This document shows positions 17,115 through 26,884 of a stretch of DNA of 64,000 nt, one piece after another; within the stretch, counting starts at the first letter, position 1; every line of letters starts with the position of its first letter. The notes under the pieces are model-generated. The model was not told where the DNA came from and did not search any database. It saw nothing but the letters and a program-made list of their open reading frames with translations. Source of the stretch: Oxalobacteraceae bacterium (GTDB lineage Bacteria; Pseudomonadota; Gammaproteobacteria; Burkholderiales; Burkholderiaceae_D); contig CANCDR010000010.1 of assembly GCA_947374865.1 (NCBI GenBank), positions 20,319 to 84,318 of the forward strand, given 5' to 3'. Position numbers and translations under genes: made by a program.

Positions 17115-17732
17115 ATGAATGCTCTGACTGATCCTGTACTGCTGTTTGGCCTGTCGACGAGTCTGCTCGAAGGATTTTCATTCGTCTTATCCGTCATCAC
17201 CGTCTGGCTTAATATTCGTCAGTCGCATTGGGGCTGGCTGTTTGCGATCGTTTCCTGCGCCACCTACGGCGTGGTGTTTTATGACGCCCGTCTATATGGT
17301 GACATGGGCCTGCAAGTCGTATTTATCCTTGTATCGATATGGGGCTGGCATCAGTGGCTGCGCGGCGGCGATGGCGCCAGCCAGCTGCCGGTATCAGGGC
17401 TAGACCGAAGGGGCTGGCAAATATCGCTACTAGCCTGGATGCTGGGGTTTATCGTGCTGTGGTGGTTCCTGGCGCACTTTACTGATACCGACGTGCCGCA
17501 CGCCGATGGCTTTCTGACCGCTGGCAGTCTACTCGCGCAAGTCCTCATGTCGCGCAAGAAGTTGGAAAACTGGCACATCTGGATTGCCGTTGATGTGCTC
17601 TACGTCGGGCTTTATGTTTATAAGCAGCTCATGCTCACAGCGGGTCTGTACGCATTATTTATTTTGATGGCCTATGCGGGTTTGCTGGCCTGGAAAAAGT
17701 CGGTGATCGTTCATGCGGAACTGACTCGGTGA
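17115..17732 (+). CDS. pnuC: PnuC-family transporter (nicotinamide riboside or related vitamin)
   Basis: 205 aa and polytopic. PnuC-like blocks: LNIRQSHWGWLFAIVS, YGDMGLQVVFILVSIWGW, NWHIWIAVDVLYVGLY. Confidence 0.8.
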   Translation: MNALTDPVLLFGLSTSLLEGFSFVLSVITVWLNIRQSHWGWLFAIVSCATYGVVFYDARLYGDMGLQVVFILVSIWGWHQWLRGGDGASQLPVSGLDRRGWQISLLAWMLGFIVLWWFLAHFTDTDVPHADGFLTAGSLLAQVLMSRKKLENWHIWIAVDVLYVGLYVYKQLMLTAGLYALFILMAYAGLLAWKKSVIVHAELTR

Positions 17733-18271
17733 ATCGATCCGCGCCACGACGGATCGCTATTCTAGGCGCGGAATCCTCCGGCAAATCAACGCTGGCCGAG
17801 GCGCTCGCCAAATACTACCAATGCGTCTGGGTAGCAGAATATTTGCGCGAATTTGTGCAAACCACCCAGCGCGTACCGCAGGAGCATGAACAAATTCTGA
17901 TCGCCAGAATGCAGATCGAGCGCGAGGACGTAGCGCTCACGCAGACGCAGCGTTTTTTGTTTTGCGATACCACACCAGTGATGACGGAGATTTATAGCCG
18001 CTATTGTTTTGGTCGGCCGGATCTGGCGGTGCGCGCTTTAGCGCATAGTCATACTTATGATCTGACGCTGGTGACGGCACCGGATACGCCTTGGGTGGCC
18101 GATGGCATACAACGGGTTTCAGATCAGGTGCGCCAGGATATTCATTTGGAGCTTATGCGGACCCTGAATGCGATGGGGGTACAGTATTCCTTGATCACCG
18201 GGTCAGTGGCAGAGCGACTTGGGCAGGTGATTGCGTTGCTGGAGGCGTCGCCTCATTACGAGTGTACTTAA
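17729..18271 (+). CDS. P-loop kinase resembling the ribosylnicotinamide kinase domain of NadR (no HTH or NMNAT domains)
   Basis: 180 aa with Walker A ILGAESSGKSTLAEAL, then WVAEYLREF. The start overlaps the pnuC stop by 4 nt. Confidence 0.7.
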   Translation: MNRSAPRRIAILGAESSGKSTLAEALAKYYQCVWVAEYLREFVQTTQRVPQEHEQILIARMQIEREDVALTQTQRFLFCDTTPVMTEIYSRYCFGRPDLAVRALAHSHTYDLTLVTAPDTPWVADGIQRVSDQVRQDIHLELMRTLNAMGVQYSLITGSVAERLGQVIALLEASPHYECT

Positions 18272-18316
18272 AGCCGTGCACACCCTGCGTTGAGGGGTGC
18301 ACGGCTTGCCAGGCTT

Positions 18317-20440
18317 TTAGAAATCCAATTGCCCTGTTGCCTTGTACGTGCGTGGAGCGCCTGGGAAGAGATAGCCGCCCAGTGCTGGGGTGACGTCGCG
18401 CCAGTAAAATTGGTTCGCGACGTTATCAACGCCAGCGCGCAAAGTCAGCATACTGCCGGCTACCCGTAGACCATAACGCAGTCCCAGATTAAACACATGA
18501 TAGGACGGCACGATGACGCTATTGTCGACGTTAAACGCCTTGTCCGAAGCGTACTGCCAGGTCCCGTTCACATGCAGACCGGCCAGCTGCGGCAAGTCAT
18601 AGTCGAGGCCAACGGTCGATTTCAATTTCGGCACATTCGTCACCCGCTTACCATCCAGCGCGCGATCGCCAGTCCCCTGCTGCTCTGCATTGAGCGCCGC
18701 CATGCTGGCCGAAATGTGCAGATCACGCGTGAGCTTACCCTGCGATGATAATTCCAGACCACGATGGACGGCATCACCCGAGCGCGCAAAATAATTCGCC
18801 GCATTGGTGATTTCCAGCGGCTTGTGAATCGCAAACAGCGCAGCGCTCACATTCCAGTCCGCACGAATATCCGCTTTCACCCCGGCTTCTATCTGACGCG
18901 ATTTATTCGGACTGAGCTGTTGCGTTACATTCTTTGTTCCCAGTGGCGCAATACCGCCCGCTTCCAGACCCTGCGAATACGCGCCATAGACCGACCAGTG
19001 CATTTGCGGATTCCACACCAGCGCTAGATTAGGCAAGAGTGCAGACTGCGAATACGTATCGCGCTCAATGCGGCTGGCACGTAATCCTGCATGCAGTTTC
19101 ACCCCAGCGCCAAAGCCAATGATGTCTTGCACGAAGGCTGCACGTTCCGCATCTGAGCGCTGCAACATCACAGGCCCCGTCGAAATCGTTGACCCCGGCA
19201 CCACTACCGGACGATAAATATTGCTCGTGCCGTTGGACATCGAACCATAACAATCCATGGTGCCATAAACGCAGTCACCAAAATAATCACGCCGGCGATT
19301 CGTCGCCAGACCCGCGGTGAAAGACTGCGTCAAACTACCGCTGCGCAAGGTACCGGTAATGAAAGCCTGCGAAGCAAACAGCTGCTTGGATTCATTCGTA
19401 CTTTGGTAGTCGTAGACATCGTAATTACCATTCGCGCAAAAGCCCGGGAATAACTCTGCCGAGGCGCAGCCATAGGGGAAGGCGGCATAATCATCACGCT
19501 GAAAATGGTGAAGATTGGCGGCTACCACGGCACGCCAGTCACGGCCAAGCTGGTAATCAAACCGCAGACCCACATTACTGCTGTGCGTGGACACAGGTTT
19601 GCTCCATGGCTGATTATTGAGCATGGTCGCCGGATCAATACCGACCGGCAGTGAGACACCATTAATGAGCTGAAAGCCGGGCTGCGAGAGCTGTGATTTT
19701 TGATTCGTATCCATATCCAACTGCAGCAGCGCCGCAGGTGAAATTTGCCAGTCGAATGCGACCGATACCAGCTGCCGTTCGCCGTTCGCATCCTTGACGT
19801 AGGAGCGTAAGTTTTCATTTGCCAGATTGATGCGATAGCCAAAACGCGCATCGGCAAATTTACCGCCCACATCCAGCGCCACATAACGCGTCCCGCGTTC
19901 GCTCACACCAAACACGACCGACATCAGCGGATTAACGCTAGGTCGCTTGGTGACATAATTGATCACGCCACCGGGCGCTGCCAAGCCTAACTGTAAGCCG
20001 GCCAGTCCCTTGAGGATGTCGATCTGTTCCTTGTTTTCCAGCGGGATCGCGCCATCACCCGGGATGATCAGGCCATCCTTGCGATAGCTGCGCGCATTAT
20101 CCAGCGCAAAACCGCGAATCGAAAATTGTTCGGCATAACCGACGGCGTTATAGGCATCACTCACGCTGGCGTCGAGCTTGACCGCATCGGTGGTGCTACG
20201 GATCTGCAGGTCTTGCATTTGTTGGCGGGTAATGACGGATATGGCGGCAGGCGTTTGCAGTAAGGGCTCCTCGCTCCAGCTACTAACGGCAGAAAATTCG
20301 CCGCGCTCACCGTTGAGCTTGTTGGCCGAGATAACGATCTCTGGCGTAGTTTTGGTACTCGTTTGCGCAAAGCTCGTCGCGCAACTCGCCAGTCCGCACA
20401 GGCAGGCGATGGTCATCGTACTTAAATTATTGTGGGTCAT
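18317..20440 (-). CDS. TonB-dependent outer-membrane receptor
   Basis: 707 aa. It has a signal peptide, a plug domain (VISANK...TPAAISVITRQQM), a beta-barrel and a C-terminal ...TYKATGQLDF ending in an aromatic residue. Confidence 0.9.
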   Translation of the reverse strand: MTHNNLSTMTIACLCGLASCATSFAQTSTKTTPEIVISANKLNGERGEFSAVSSWSEEPLLQTPAAISVITRQQMQDLQIRSTTDAVKLDASVSDAYNAVGYAEQFSIRGFALDNARSYRKDGLIIPGDGAIPLENKEQIDILKGLAGLQLGLAAPGGVINYVTKRPSVNPLMSVVFGVSERGTRYVALDVGGKFADARFGYRINLANENLRSYVKDANGERQLVSVAFDWQISPAALLQLDMDTNQKSQLSQPGFQLINGVSLPVGIDPATMLNNQPWSKPVSTHSSNVGLRFDYQLGRDWRAVVAANLHHFQRDDYAAFPYGCASAELFPGFCANGNYDVYDYQSTNESKQLFASQAFITGTLRSGSLTQSFTAGLATNRRRDYFGDCVYGTMDCYGSMSNGTSNIYRPVVVPGSTISTGPVMLQRSDAERAAFVQDIIGFGAGVKLHAGLRASRIERDTYSQSALLPNLALVWNPQMHWSVYGAYSQGLEAGGIAPLGTKNVTQQLSPNKSRQIEAGVKADIRADWNVSAALFAIHKPLEITNAANYFARSGDAVHRGLELSSQGKLTRDLHISASMAALNAEQQGTGDRALDGKRVTNVPKLKSTVGLDYDLPQLAGLHVNGTWQYASDKAFNVDNSVIVPSYHVFNLGLRYGLRVAGSMLTLRAGVDNVANQFYWRDVTPALGGYLFPGAPRTYKATGQLDF

Positions 20441-20514
20441 AATGGCTCTTCACATCGCTGATTAAAAAAACCAGAGCGAATAAGAGCAAGCAAAGAAGAT
20501 CTCAACGAGAACTT

Positions 20515-20593
20515 GGCGCTCCCTGCGCTGGCATTATCCAGATCAGGTTCGGAGGGTATTTCTCACCCGCAAAAAAATTCGCAGGACCCCTGG
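20515..20593 (-). promoter_or_regulatory. TPP (THI-box) riboswitch in the leader of the TonB-dependent receptor gene
   Basis: The - strand reads CAGGGGTCCTGCGAATTTTTTTGCGGGTGAGAAATACCCTCCGAACCTGATCTGGATAATGCCAGCGCAGGGAGCGCC. This contains the conserved (C/G)TGAGA...ACCC and ACCTGATCTGGATAATGCCAGCG.AGGGA blocks seen in E. coli thiM/thiC leaders. Confidence 0.9.
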
Positions 20594-20873
20594 CAGGTAT
20601 TACTTTACCATAAAATTCCCAAGGTCAATTTTGTCTCCCTGGAAATGCGTATTGCACAGCCTGCTATCTCAGAATCGTTCTTTCAGCAGGATTGCCGACA
20701 GCATGCTCAAAGTCATTAAACAAGAAGTCGTATGGAGGACCGATTGTAAGACCGCTTGCTCGACGATCTTTGGAACATTTTCCAAGTCAAATTTTTATTC
20801 ATCCGAGCAAATTGACGATGATGCAAGACAATTATTGCCAACTCAAACATCATCATCGCCATCAAAAAATTCT

Positions 20874-20913
20874 CTCAAGAAAATTTAAAATTCCCTCAAG
20901 AAAATTTAAAATT
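20874..20913 (+). repeat. Two tandem copies of CTCAAGAAAATTTAAAATT, period 21 bp
   Basis: Direct reading: 20874..20892 and 20895..20913. They sit in an AT-rich region about 115 bp upstream of the GGDEF-EAL gene. Confidence 0.9.
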
Positions 20914-21027
20914 TCCATCGAGGAATTTTAATTTTTTAGTAGTTGTAAATCAACGAATGATGCATGGAATTGATTTCAAATCAGCATTTTTACGTTTAAG
21001 ATAATCCCAGACTTTCAACGCCTCATC

Positions 21028-22524
21028 ATGCTGGACGAATCACAGGGCAAGCGTATGGCTGAACTAAGTATCGAATCCTGTCTGGACTTATGTCATCAAG
21101 CCCGCTCTCTCGACGGTGCCGCGCTAGCAGAGACGCTCAACGCATTGCAAACGGCGCTCGAACAATATCAGCTGCACCAGCCAATTCCCAGCGGTGAAAA
21201 TTCTGCCTCAGCGACTTTGCCGCCGGAGTCTGTGTCTGATGCGCTGCTCGACGATGTATTGGCGAGCTCTGCTAGTGAAAGTCGCCAGTCTGCCGTGCTG
21301 ATCGTGACGCTTGAACGTGTCGTCGCTTTTCGTTATTCGCTCGGCCAGCTGTTCTCCGATCAGCTCGTCATACAGGCCAGTCGGCGATTACGCGAGGTCC
21401 TTGAACAAGAGGATGTGTTAATTCGTAAAGGTACCGGCAAACTGACCATCGCTCTGTCGCACATAAAGGATCGCCATCAAGTCGCCCACGTGACGCAAAA
21501 AATTCTCGACAGTCTGCATCTACCGATCATTATTGACGGTAACGATTTCTGCCTGAGCGCCCATATCGGCATTGCCCTCTTTCCGCAAGACGGACGCGAC
21601 GCGAGTTCACTGGTGCGCTGTGCCGAATCCGCGATGACGCGTGTGAAGGAAGAAAGCGACATCCCTTATCTATTTTATCGACCGGAAATGCAGCAACACG
21701 CGCGTGAATCGCTGCGCATGGAATCAGAGCTACGGCGCGCCCTCCTCACCCATCAGCTACAGCTTTATTATCAGCCCAAGGTCAGCCTGCGCAGCGGTCG
21801 CATCGTCGGCGCAGAGGCCCTGATACGCTGGCGCCATCCAGTGCATGGCATGATGATGCCGGCAGAATTTTTACCGATGGCCGAACAGACCGGTTTGATC
21901 ATCGAATTGGGTAGTTGGGTACTTGATGAAGCCTGCCGACAAATTCGACTTTGGCAGGATGGTGGCATGAGTAGCTTGCCGATCGCCGTCAATATCGCTT
22001 CACGCCAGTTTGATCGCCATCTACCAGAACAGGTGCGTGACGCGCTGATGCGTCATCAGGTCAGCCCCGGCTGCCTCAAATTGGAAATCACCGAAAATCT
22101 CCTGCTGCGCGCTGCAGAAAACGTGATTTCAATCATGAACGAACTGGTGGCAATGGGCGTCGAACTGGCGCTCGATGATTTTGGTACGGGCTATTCGAGT
22201 CTGGCCTATCTGCAGAAATTCCCGATCAGTACGATCAAAATTGACCGTTCCTTCGTAGTCGGCTTACCGCATGCTAAAACCGACTGCGCGATCGCCGGCG
22301 CCATCGTCACGATTGGCCAGGAATTACGACAAGAAATCGTCGCCGAGGGCGTCGAGAACCTCGAGCAGATGCAATTTTTGCGCGAACTTGGCTGCAATCA
22401 GGTACAAGGTTATCTGTTTAGTCCTGCCGTGCCGGCGCAGGATTTTGAGCTGATGGTGCGGCAAGCCCGACGACTGTCATTCAATACCGGTTACACTCTC
22501 GCCTCACGTATCATTCATGGATAA
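21028..22524 (+). CDS. Degenerate-GGDEF / EAL domain protein (likely c-di-GMP phosphodiesterase)
   Basis: EAL motifs are intact (GAEALIRW, DDFGTGYSSL, KIDRSF, EGVE, QGYLFS). The GGDEF position reads RKGTGKLTI. Confidence 0.85.
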   Translation: MLDESQGKRMAELSIESCLDLCHQARSLDGAALAETLNALQTALEQYQLHQPIPSGENSASATLPPESVSDALLDDVLASSASESRQSAVLIVTLERVVAFRYSLGQLFSDQLVIQASRRLREVLEQEDVLIRKGTGKLTIALSHIKDRHQVAHVTQKILDSLHLPIIIDGNDFCLSAHIGIALFPQDGRDASSLVRCAESAMTRVKEESDIPYLFYRPEMQQHARESLRMESELRRALLTHQLQLYYQPKVSLRSGRIVGAEALIRWRHPVHGMMMPAEFLPMAEQTGLIIELGSWVLDEACRQIRLWQDGGMSSLPIAVNIASRQFDRHLPEQVRDALMRHQVSPGCLKLEITENLLLRAAENVISIMNELVAMGVELALDDFGTGYSSLAYLQKFPISTIKIDRSFVVGLPHAKTDCAIAGAIVTIGQELRQEIVAEGVENLEQMQFLRELGCNQVQGYLFSPAVPAQDFELMVRQARRLSFNTGYTLASRIIHG

Positions 22525-22530
22525 ACCGCT

Positions 22531-23637
22531 TTGATCGAATGGGAAGAAAACGGCGCACCGCAATCTGCGCTCTGGCGCTCAGAAGCCGGCGTACCCACGC
22601 CACGACGGGTGATAATTGCCGATGATCGCCTGCGCGCCGATGCCGCCTTCCGACTCGCCAGCGAAGGCACCGCTTTGCTATGGCGCGGCGATTATCAAAA
22701 TGCCCGTCAGCTTTTGCAGGCCATGGGCCGGCGCGCCGAGACCAAAGCGCGCAAGCCTGCCGCCACGCCGCTAGAAGCCTTCAATCAACATCGGCAAATA
22801 CAGTCGCAACGCGCCCGTACCCTGGGCATGCTGCTACTGCCCTTCGATGCCGATTACACGATTCCGCTGCGCCGCGCGCCCGATGTCAAGCTCGCCTGTG
22901 AGCAAGCCTGGGGCGCCCCAACGCAGGCCAGCGTCGCCTCGCTGCGCGAACTGCAGGGCCTCATCGGCGCCCATGAATGGTATAAAAAAGGCGTCGACAT
23001 CGCCGTCCTGGGCGCGCGCATCCATCCCGGCTATGGCGTATTTTCTCCTCTGCGCGGCGAATATCTCGAGCTGATCGCCAACGCGCCCTTACCGAGCCTG
23101 GAGCGGGCATTTGATATCGGCACCGGCAGCGGCGTGATTGCCGCCCTGCTCGCCCAACGCGGCGTGCAACATATCGTGGCCACCGATCTGGATCCACGCG
23201 CGCTGCAATGCGCGCAAGCCAATCTCGATCGACTTGGCTATGCTGCAAAAGTCGAACTTCTGCAAGCCGATTTATTTCCTCCCGGCCGCGCACCGCTCAT
23301 CGTCTGTAATCCGCCCTGGATACCCGCGCGGCCAAGTTCGCCCATCGAACACGCCATCTTTGACCCCGACCACGCCATGCTGCGCGGATTTCTCAACGGC
23401 TTGCCCCCCCACCTCACCCCCAAAGGTGAGGGCTGGCTGATCATGTCCGATCTGGCTGAGCATCTTGGCCTGCGTGCACCCGGTGCCCTGCTGACGATGA
23501 TCGATGCTGCCGGGCTGCAGGTACTGGGACGCAGCGACATTCGTCCGCTTCACCCCAAGGCAAGTGACCCGAGTGACCCGCTGCATCTGGCGCGCAAAGC
23601 GGAGCTGACTTCGCTGTGGCGTCTGGGTGCACGCTGA
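22531..23637 (+). CDS. Class I SAM-dependent methyltransferase with NPPW motif
   Basis: 368 aa. SAM-binding DIGTGSGVIAA and catalytic LIVCNPPWIP. The start is non-ATG (TTG) as given by the ORF track, so it is uncertain. Confidence 0.7.
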   Translation: MIEWEENGAPQSALWRSEAGVPTPRRVIIADDRLRADAAFRLASEGTALLWRGDYQNARQLLQAMGRRAETKARKPAATPLEAFNQHRQIQSQRARTLGMLLLPFDADYTIPLRRAPDVKLACEQAWGAPTQASVASLRELQGLIGAHEWYKKGVDIAVLGARIHPGYGVFSPLRGEYLELIANAPLPSLERAFDIGTGSGVIAALLAQRGVQHIVATDLDPRALQCAQANLDRLGYAAKVELLQADLFPPGRAPLIVCNPPWIPARPSSPIEHAIFDPDHAMLRGFLNGLPPHLTPKGEGWLIMSDLAEHLGLRAPGALLTMIDAAGLQVLGRSDIRPLHPKASDPSDPLHLARKAELTSLWRLGAR

Positions 23638-23847
23638 GGCTGACAAAAATTACCCCTTGACGAGCCTTGTCGAGCAGCGGCAAAAATTACCATCTGGCAC
23701 TATAATCTTTGACAATTGCTGCTGAGTGGATTCACTCAAGCTGATGACCTCCAGCATCGCTTTTGCAAGCGCATTCCTAGTCGCACGAACAAACACCCGA
23801 ACAAACGTCCTAAAAAACGCCCTGATAAACCTAGCCAGAAAGCCCTT

Positions 23848-25467
23848 ATGAACCGCAGAGATTTCGTCAAAGCCAGTCTGGGCAGCGCCGCCGTTGCCGC
23901 CGCCAGCCAAGCCGCCCCAGCATTTGCCGCCCAGTCAGGCGCGCACGCTGCGCACAGTTCTATTGTAGAAGCCGACATCACGCAACTGCAATTGGCCATG
24001 CAGTCTGGCAAACAGAGCGCGCAATCGCTCACCAAGCTCTACCTCAAACGCATTGCCGCCTTCGACAAGGCCGGACCGCGCCTGAACGCCATCATCGAGC
24101 TTAATCCCGACGCGCTGGCGATCGCCAAAGCGCTCGACGTGGAGCGTGCCAGCAAAGGCCCGCGCGGTCCCCTGCACGGCATTCCCATCCTCCTCAAGGA
24201 CAACATTGCCACCTCGGACAAGATGAGTAACAGCGCCGGGTCAATGGCCTTAGCCGGTGCCCATCCGCCCCTCGACGCGCATGTCGTGCAGCGTTTGCGG
24301 GAAGCCGGTGCGGTCATTCTCGGCAAAACCAATCTCTCGGAATGGGCCAATCTGCGTTCTACGCGCTCGACTTCCGGCTGGAGCGGACGCGGCGGCCTCA
24401 CCCTGAACCCGTATGCGCTGGACCGTAATACCAGTGGCTCATCCTCCGGCTCCGCCTCGGCCATCGCTGCCAGTCTGGCCGCCGTGGCCGTCGGTACCGA
24501 GACCAATGGATCGATCGTCTCACCGGCCTCGATTTGCGGTCTGGTCGGCATCAAGCCTACGGTCGGGCTGGTGAGCCGCAGTGGCATCATCCCGCTCTCG
24601 CATACGCAAGATACCGCTGGACCGATGGCGCGTACAGTGAGCGATGCGGCCCTGCTATTGGGCGGCATGACGGGCGTGGATGCCAATGATGCAGTGACCA
24701 ACGACCGCGCAAACACGCACAGGGATTTTTCTGTTTACCTGAAAAAAGACAGCCTGCGCGGCGCGCGCATCGGTGTGGTGCGCAATTATTTTGGCGGCCG
24801 TAAGGATCTGGTCGACCCGGTGATTGAGAAGGCGCTGTCGGTATTACGTCAGCAAGGCGCCATCTTGATTGACTGCGAAATGCCCAACGTCGGTAAAGCC
24901 GGCAATGATGGGCTGGAGGTTCTGCTGTATGAATTCAAAGCCGGGCTGGCCAGCTATCTTAAAACTTACGCCCCCGACGCGCCGATCAAAAATATGGCGG
25001 ATCTGATCGCCTACAATCTTCAGCATCAGGACCGCGAGTTGCCTTATTTCGGCCAGGAATACCTCATCCGCGCGCAAGCCAAGGGGGACCTCACGAGCCA
25101 GGAATATCTGGATGCGCTGGCCAATGTACGGCGTTATTCTCGCACCGAAGGCATCGACCAGCTGATGAACCTGCATCAGCTCGATGCCCTCGTCGCTCCC
25201 ACCAACGGTACCGCCTGGCTGACTGACTTGATCAATGGCGACAGTTCCGGCGCCAGCTTTGCCGGCCCGGCCGCAGTCGCCGGCTACCCGCACATCACCG
25301 TACCTGCCGGCCAGGTACATGGATTACCGGTCGCCCTCTCCTTCGTCGGCCGTGCCTGGTCAGAACCGACATTGATCGGACTGGCCTATAGCTACGAACA
25401 GGCATCACTGGCCCGTCGCCCGCCAACGTATGCGCGCAGTTTATCCTTGCGGGCGGGTTCTGTTTAA
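23848..25467 (+). CDS. Amidase-signature family amidase, Tat-exported
   Basis: ORF 23716..25467. The ATG at 23848 gives the twin-arginine leader MNRRDFVKASLGSAAVAAASQAAPAFA. AS motifs are GIPILLKDNI and GSSSGSASAIAA. Confidence 0.85.
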   Translation: MNRRDFVKASLGSAAVAAASQAAPAFAAQSGAHAAHSSIVEADITQLQLAMQSGKQSAQSLTKLYLKRIAAFDKAGPRLNAIIELNPDALAIAKALDVERASKGPRGPLHGIPILLKDNIATSDKMSNSAGSMALAGAHPPLDAHVVQRLREAGAVILGKTNLSEWANLRSTRSTSGWSGRGGLTLNPYALDRNTSGSSSGSASAIAASLAAVAVGTETNGSIVSPASICGLVGIKPTVGLVSRSGIIPLSHTQDTAGPMARTVSDAALLLGGMTGVDANDAVTNDRANTHRDFSVYLKKDSLRGARIGVVRNYFGGRKDLVDPVIEKALSVLRQQGAILIDCEMPNVGKAGNDGLEVLLYEFKAGLASYLKTYAPDAPIKNMADLIAYNLQHQDRELPYFGQEYLIRAQAKGDLTSQEYLDALANVRRYSRTEGIDQLMNLHQLDALVAPTNGTAWLTDLINGDSSGASFAGPAAVAGYPHITVPAGQVHGLPVALSFVGRAWSEPTLIGLAYSYEQASLARRPPTYARSLSLRAGSV

Positions 25468-25526
25468 GGAACTAAGTGATGCAGGTCAAATACAATCCCT
25501 GAAGCCAGACCGATGCTGACCTGGCC

Positions 25527-26108
25527 TCAGTTATTCATACAATTGACCTCGATATTATTGACGGCCTGCGTGCTCATGACGGCCGTACCATTCTTCACCG
25601 TGCAGGTTTGTCCTGCCGGTTGGCTCAAGATCGCAACACCATACACGGCACCGATATCGACCAGACCTGAAAAGGTGAATGTGCTCTTACCTGCGGCGAT
25701 GTCCATGTGATCCGGGCCATTCACCAATTGCAGTCCAGACCCTGTTAATCCAATGATGTTGCCGCTGATGGCGTAAGCGTTCACTTGGCAGACGACATCC
25801 GCTGTCGTGATGGCAATGCCGGTCGTCGTCCCATTCGGACCTGAAATCTGGCAGTGTAGTCCCGGTGGCTGCTGTACTACCTGGATGCTATAAGAATGAC
25901 GTGCATCGACATTCTCTGCAAAGACATAGGCATGGGTATTGGCGGGAATGACGAGTAACTGTGCATCATTTTCAATGATCAATCCATCTGCCGTCAGACC
26001 GACCACATCTCCACCCAGGCTCACTGTCGAATAACCCCCGCAGGCAGTCAGGGATGTGAGAAGTGCCAGGATGCCTATCCGGCAAAATGCCTCGTAAAAT
26101 GTTTTCAT
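25527..26108 (-). CDS. Lipoprotein A: two tandem ~85-aa Cys-bracketed beta-type domains (paralogue of 27282..27857)
   Basis: Lipobox LTSLTACGG. Each half ends in a Q(Q/S)P.G..C.(I/V)..(P/K)NGT....A......V.C pattern, e.g. QPAGQTCTVKNGTAVMSTQAVNNIEVNC. Confidence 0.75.
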   Translation of the reverse strand: MKTFYEAFCRIGILALLTSLTACGGYSTVSLGGDVVGLTADGLIIENDAQLLVIPANTHAYVFAENVDARHSYSIQVVQQPPGLHCQISGPNGTTTGIAITTADVVCQVNAYAISGNIIGLTGSGLQLVNGPDHMDIAAGKSTFTFSGLVDIGAVYGVAILSQPAGQTCTVKNGTAVMSTQAVNNIEVNCMNN

Positions 26109-26275
26109 GTTTTCCCCTAGTGCTCATCGAAAATCGGATTGTTGAAAATTTAAAATTACTTGTAGAAATAAATAGTGTGATCAATACAGTGATTAATAAA
26201 ATGGATAGATTCAAAAATTCATAGAGCTACACCGCAGGTGATATATGAATAAAAAAGGGTTTTAAATGTAGTGCT

Positions 26276-26884
26276 TTAAATGCAGTTAATTTCAATATTA
26301 CGGATGGCGTCCGTGCCCATCGTCCCGGAACCATTGACGACGCTGCAGTGGCGCAGATCAGGCTGTGTCTTGACTGAAACGCCATAGCGCACACCCGGAA
26401 AAAGTTTGGTAGGAAAGCTAAAGTTTTTGCTCGCCGATGTCAGCTTCACCGTATCGGTCCCATTCGCCAGAGTCAGTACCTGGCCATCTGTCAAACCAGT
26501 GACGACCCCACCCAAGCTATTCTCAACCCCACAGGTCACGTTGACCGGCGTGTTATTTTCCAGTGAGGCGGTATGAAATCGTTGGTCCACATAACATTGA
26601 AGACCGACTGGTTGAGCCAGAATGTTCACGCTAAAAATCAAATCGGCATTCATGTGAGTCGGAAATGAAAACGTCGTCGCATTGGTCGGCACAGTGATGG
26701 CATTCAAGCCATCTGAAAGCGATAAACCATCATTAGAGAATCCGCTCACGGTGCCTGTCACAATCACCATGCTGGGCCCAGAACTGCCGCCACAGGCGCT
26801 TAAGCACAGCAGCAATAACAGCGTGGCGGCTGATTTTATGCAGGGGATTGTTTGCCAATGAGGCAGCAGTATTGCGTTATGCAT
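26276..26884 (-). CDS. Lipoprotein B: two tandem Cys-bracketed domains (paralogue of 27895..28482)
   Basis: Lipobox LCLSACGG, followed by TGTVSGFSNDGLSLSDGLNAITVP...FSFP..., QPVGLQCYV.. and QPDLRHCSVVNGSGTMGTDAIRNIEINC. Confidence 0.75.
   Translation of the reverse strand: MHNAILLPHWQTIPCIKSAATLLLLLCLSACGGSSGPSMVIVTGTVSGFSNDGLSLSDGLNAITVPTNATTFSFPTHMNADLIFSVNILAQPVGLQCYVDQRFHTASLENNTPVNVTCGVENSLGGVVTGLTDGQVLTLANGTDTVKLTSASKNFSFPTKLFPGVRYGVSVKTQPDLRHCSVVNGSGTMGTDAIRNIEINCI

Noticed and set aside
20513-20931. Three overlapping + strand ORFs (68-85 aa) in the receptor/GGDEF-EAL intergenic region.
   Set aside because: The first overlaps the TPP riboswitch on the other strand. The others run through AT-rich repeat DNA. 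They show no motifs, no ribosome-binding sites and low-complexity translations.
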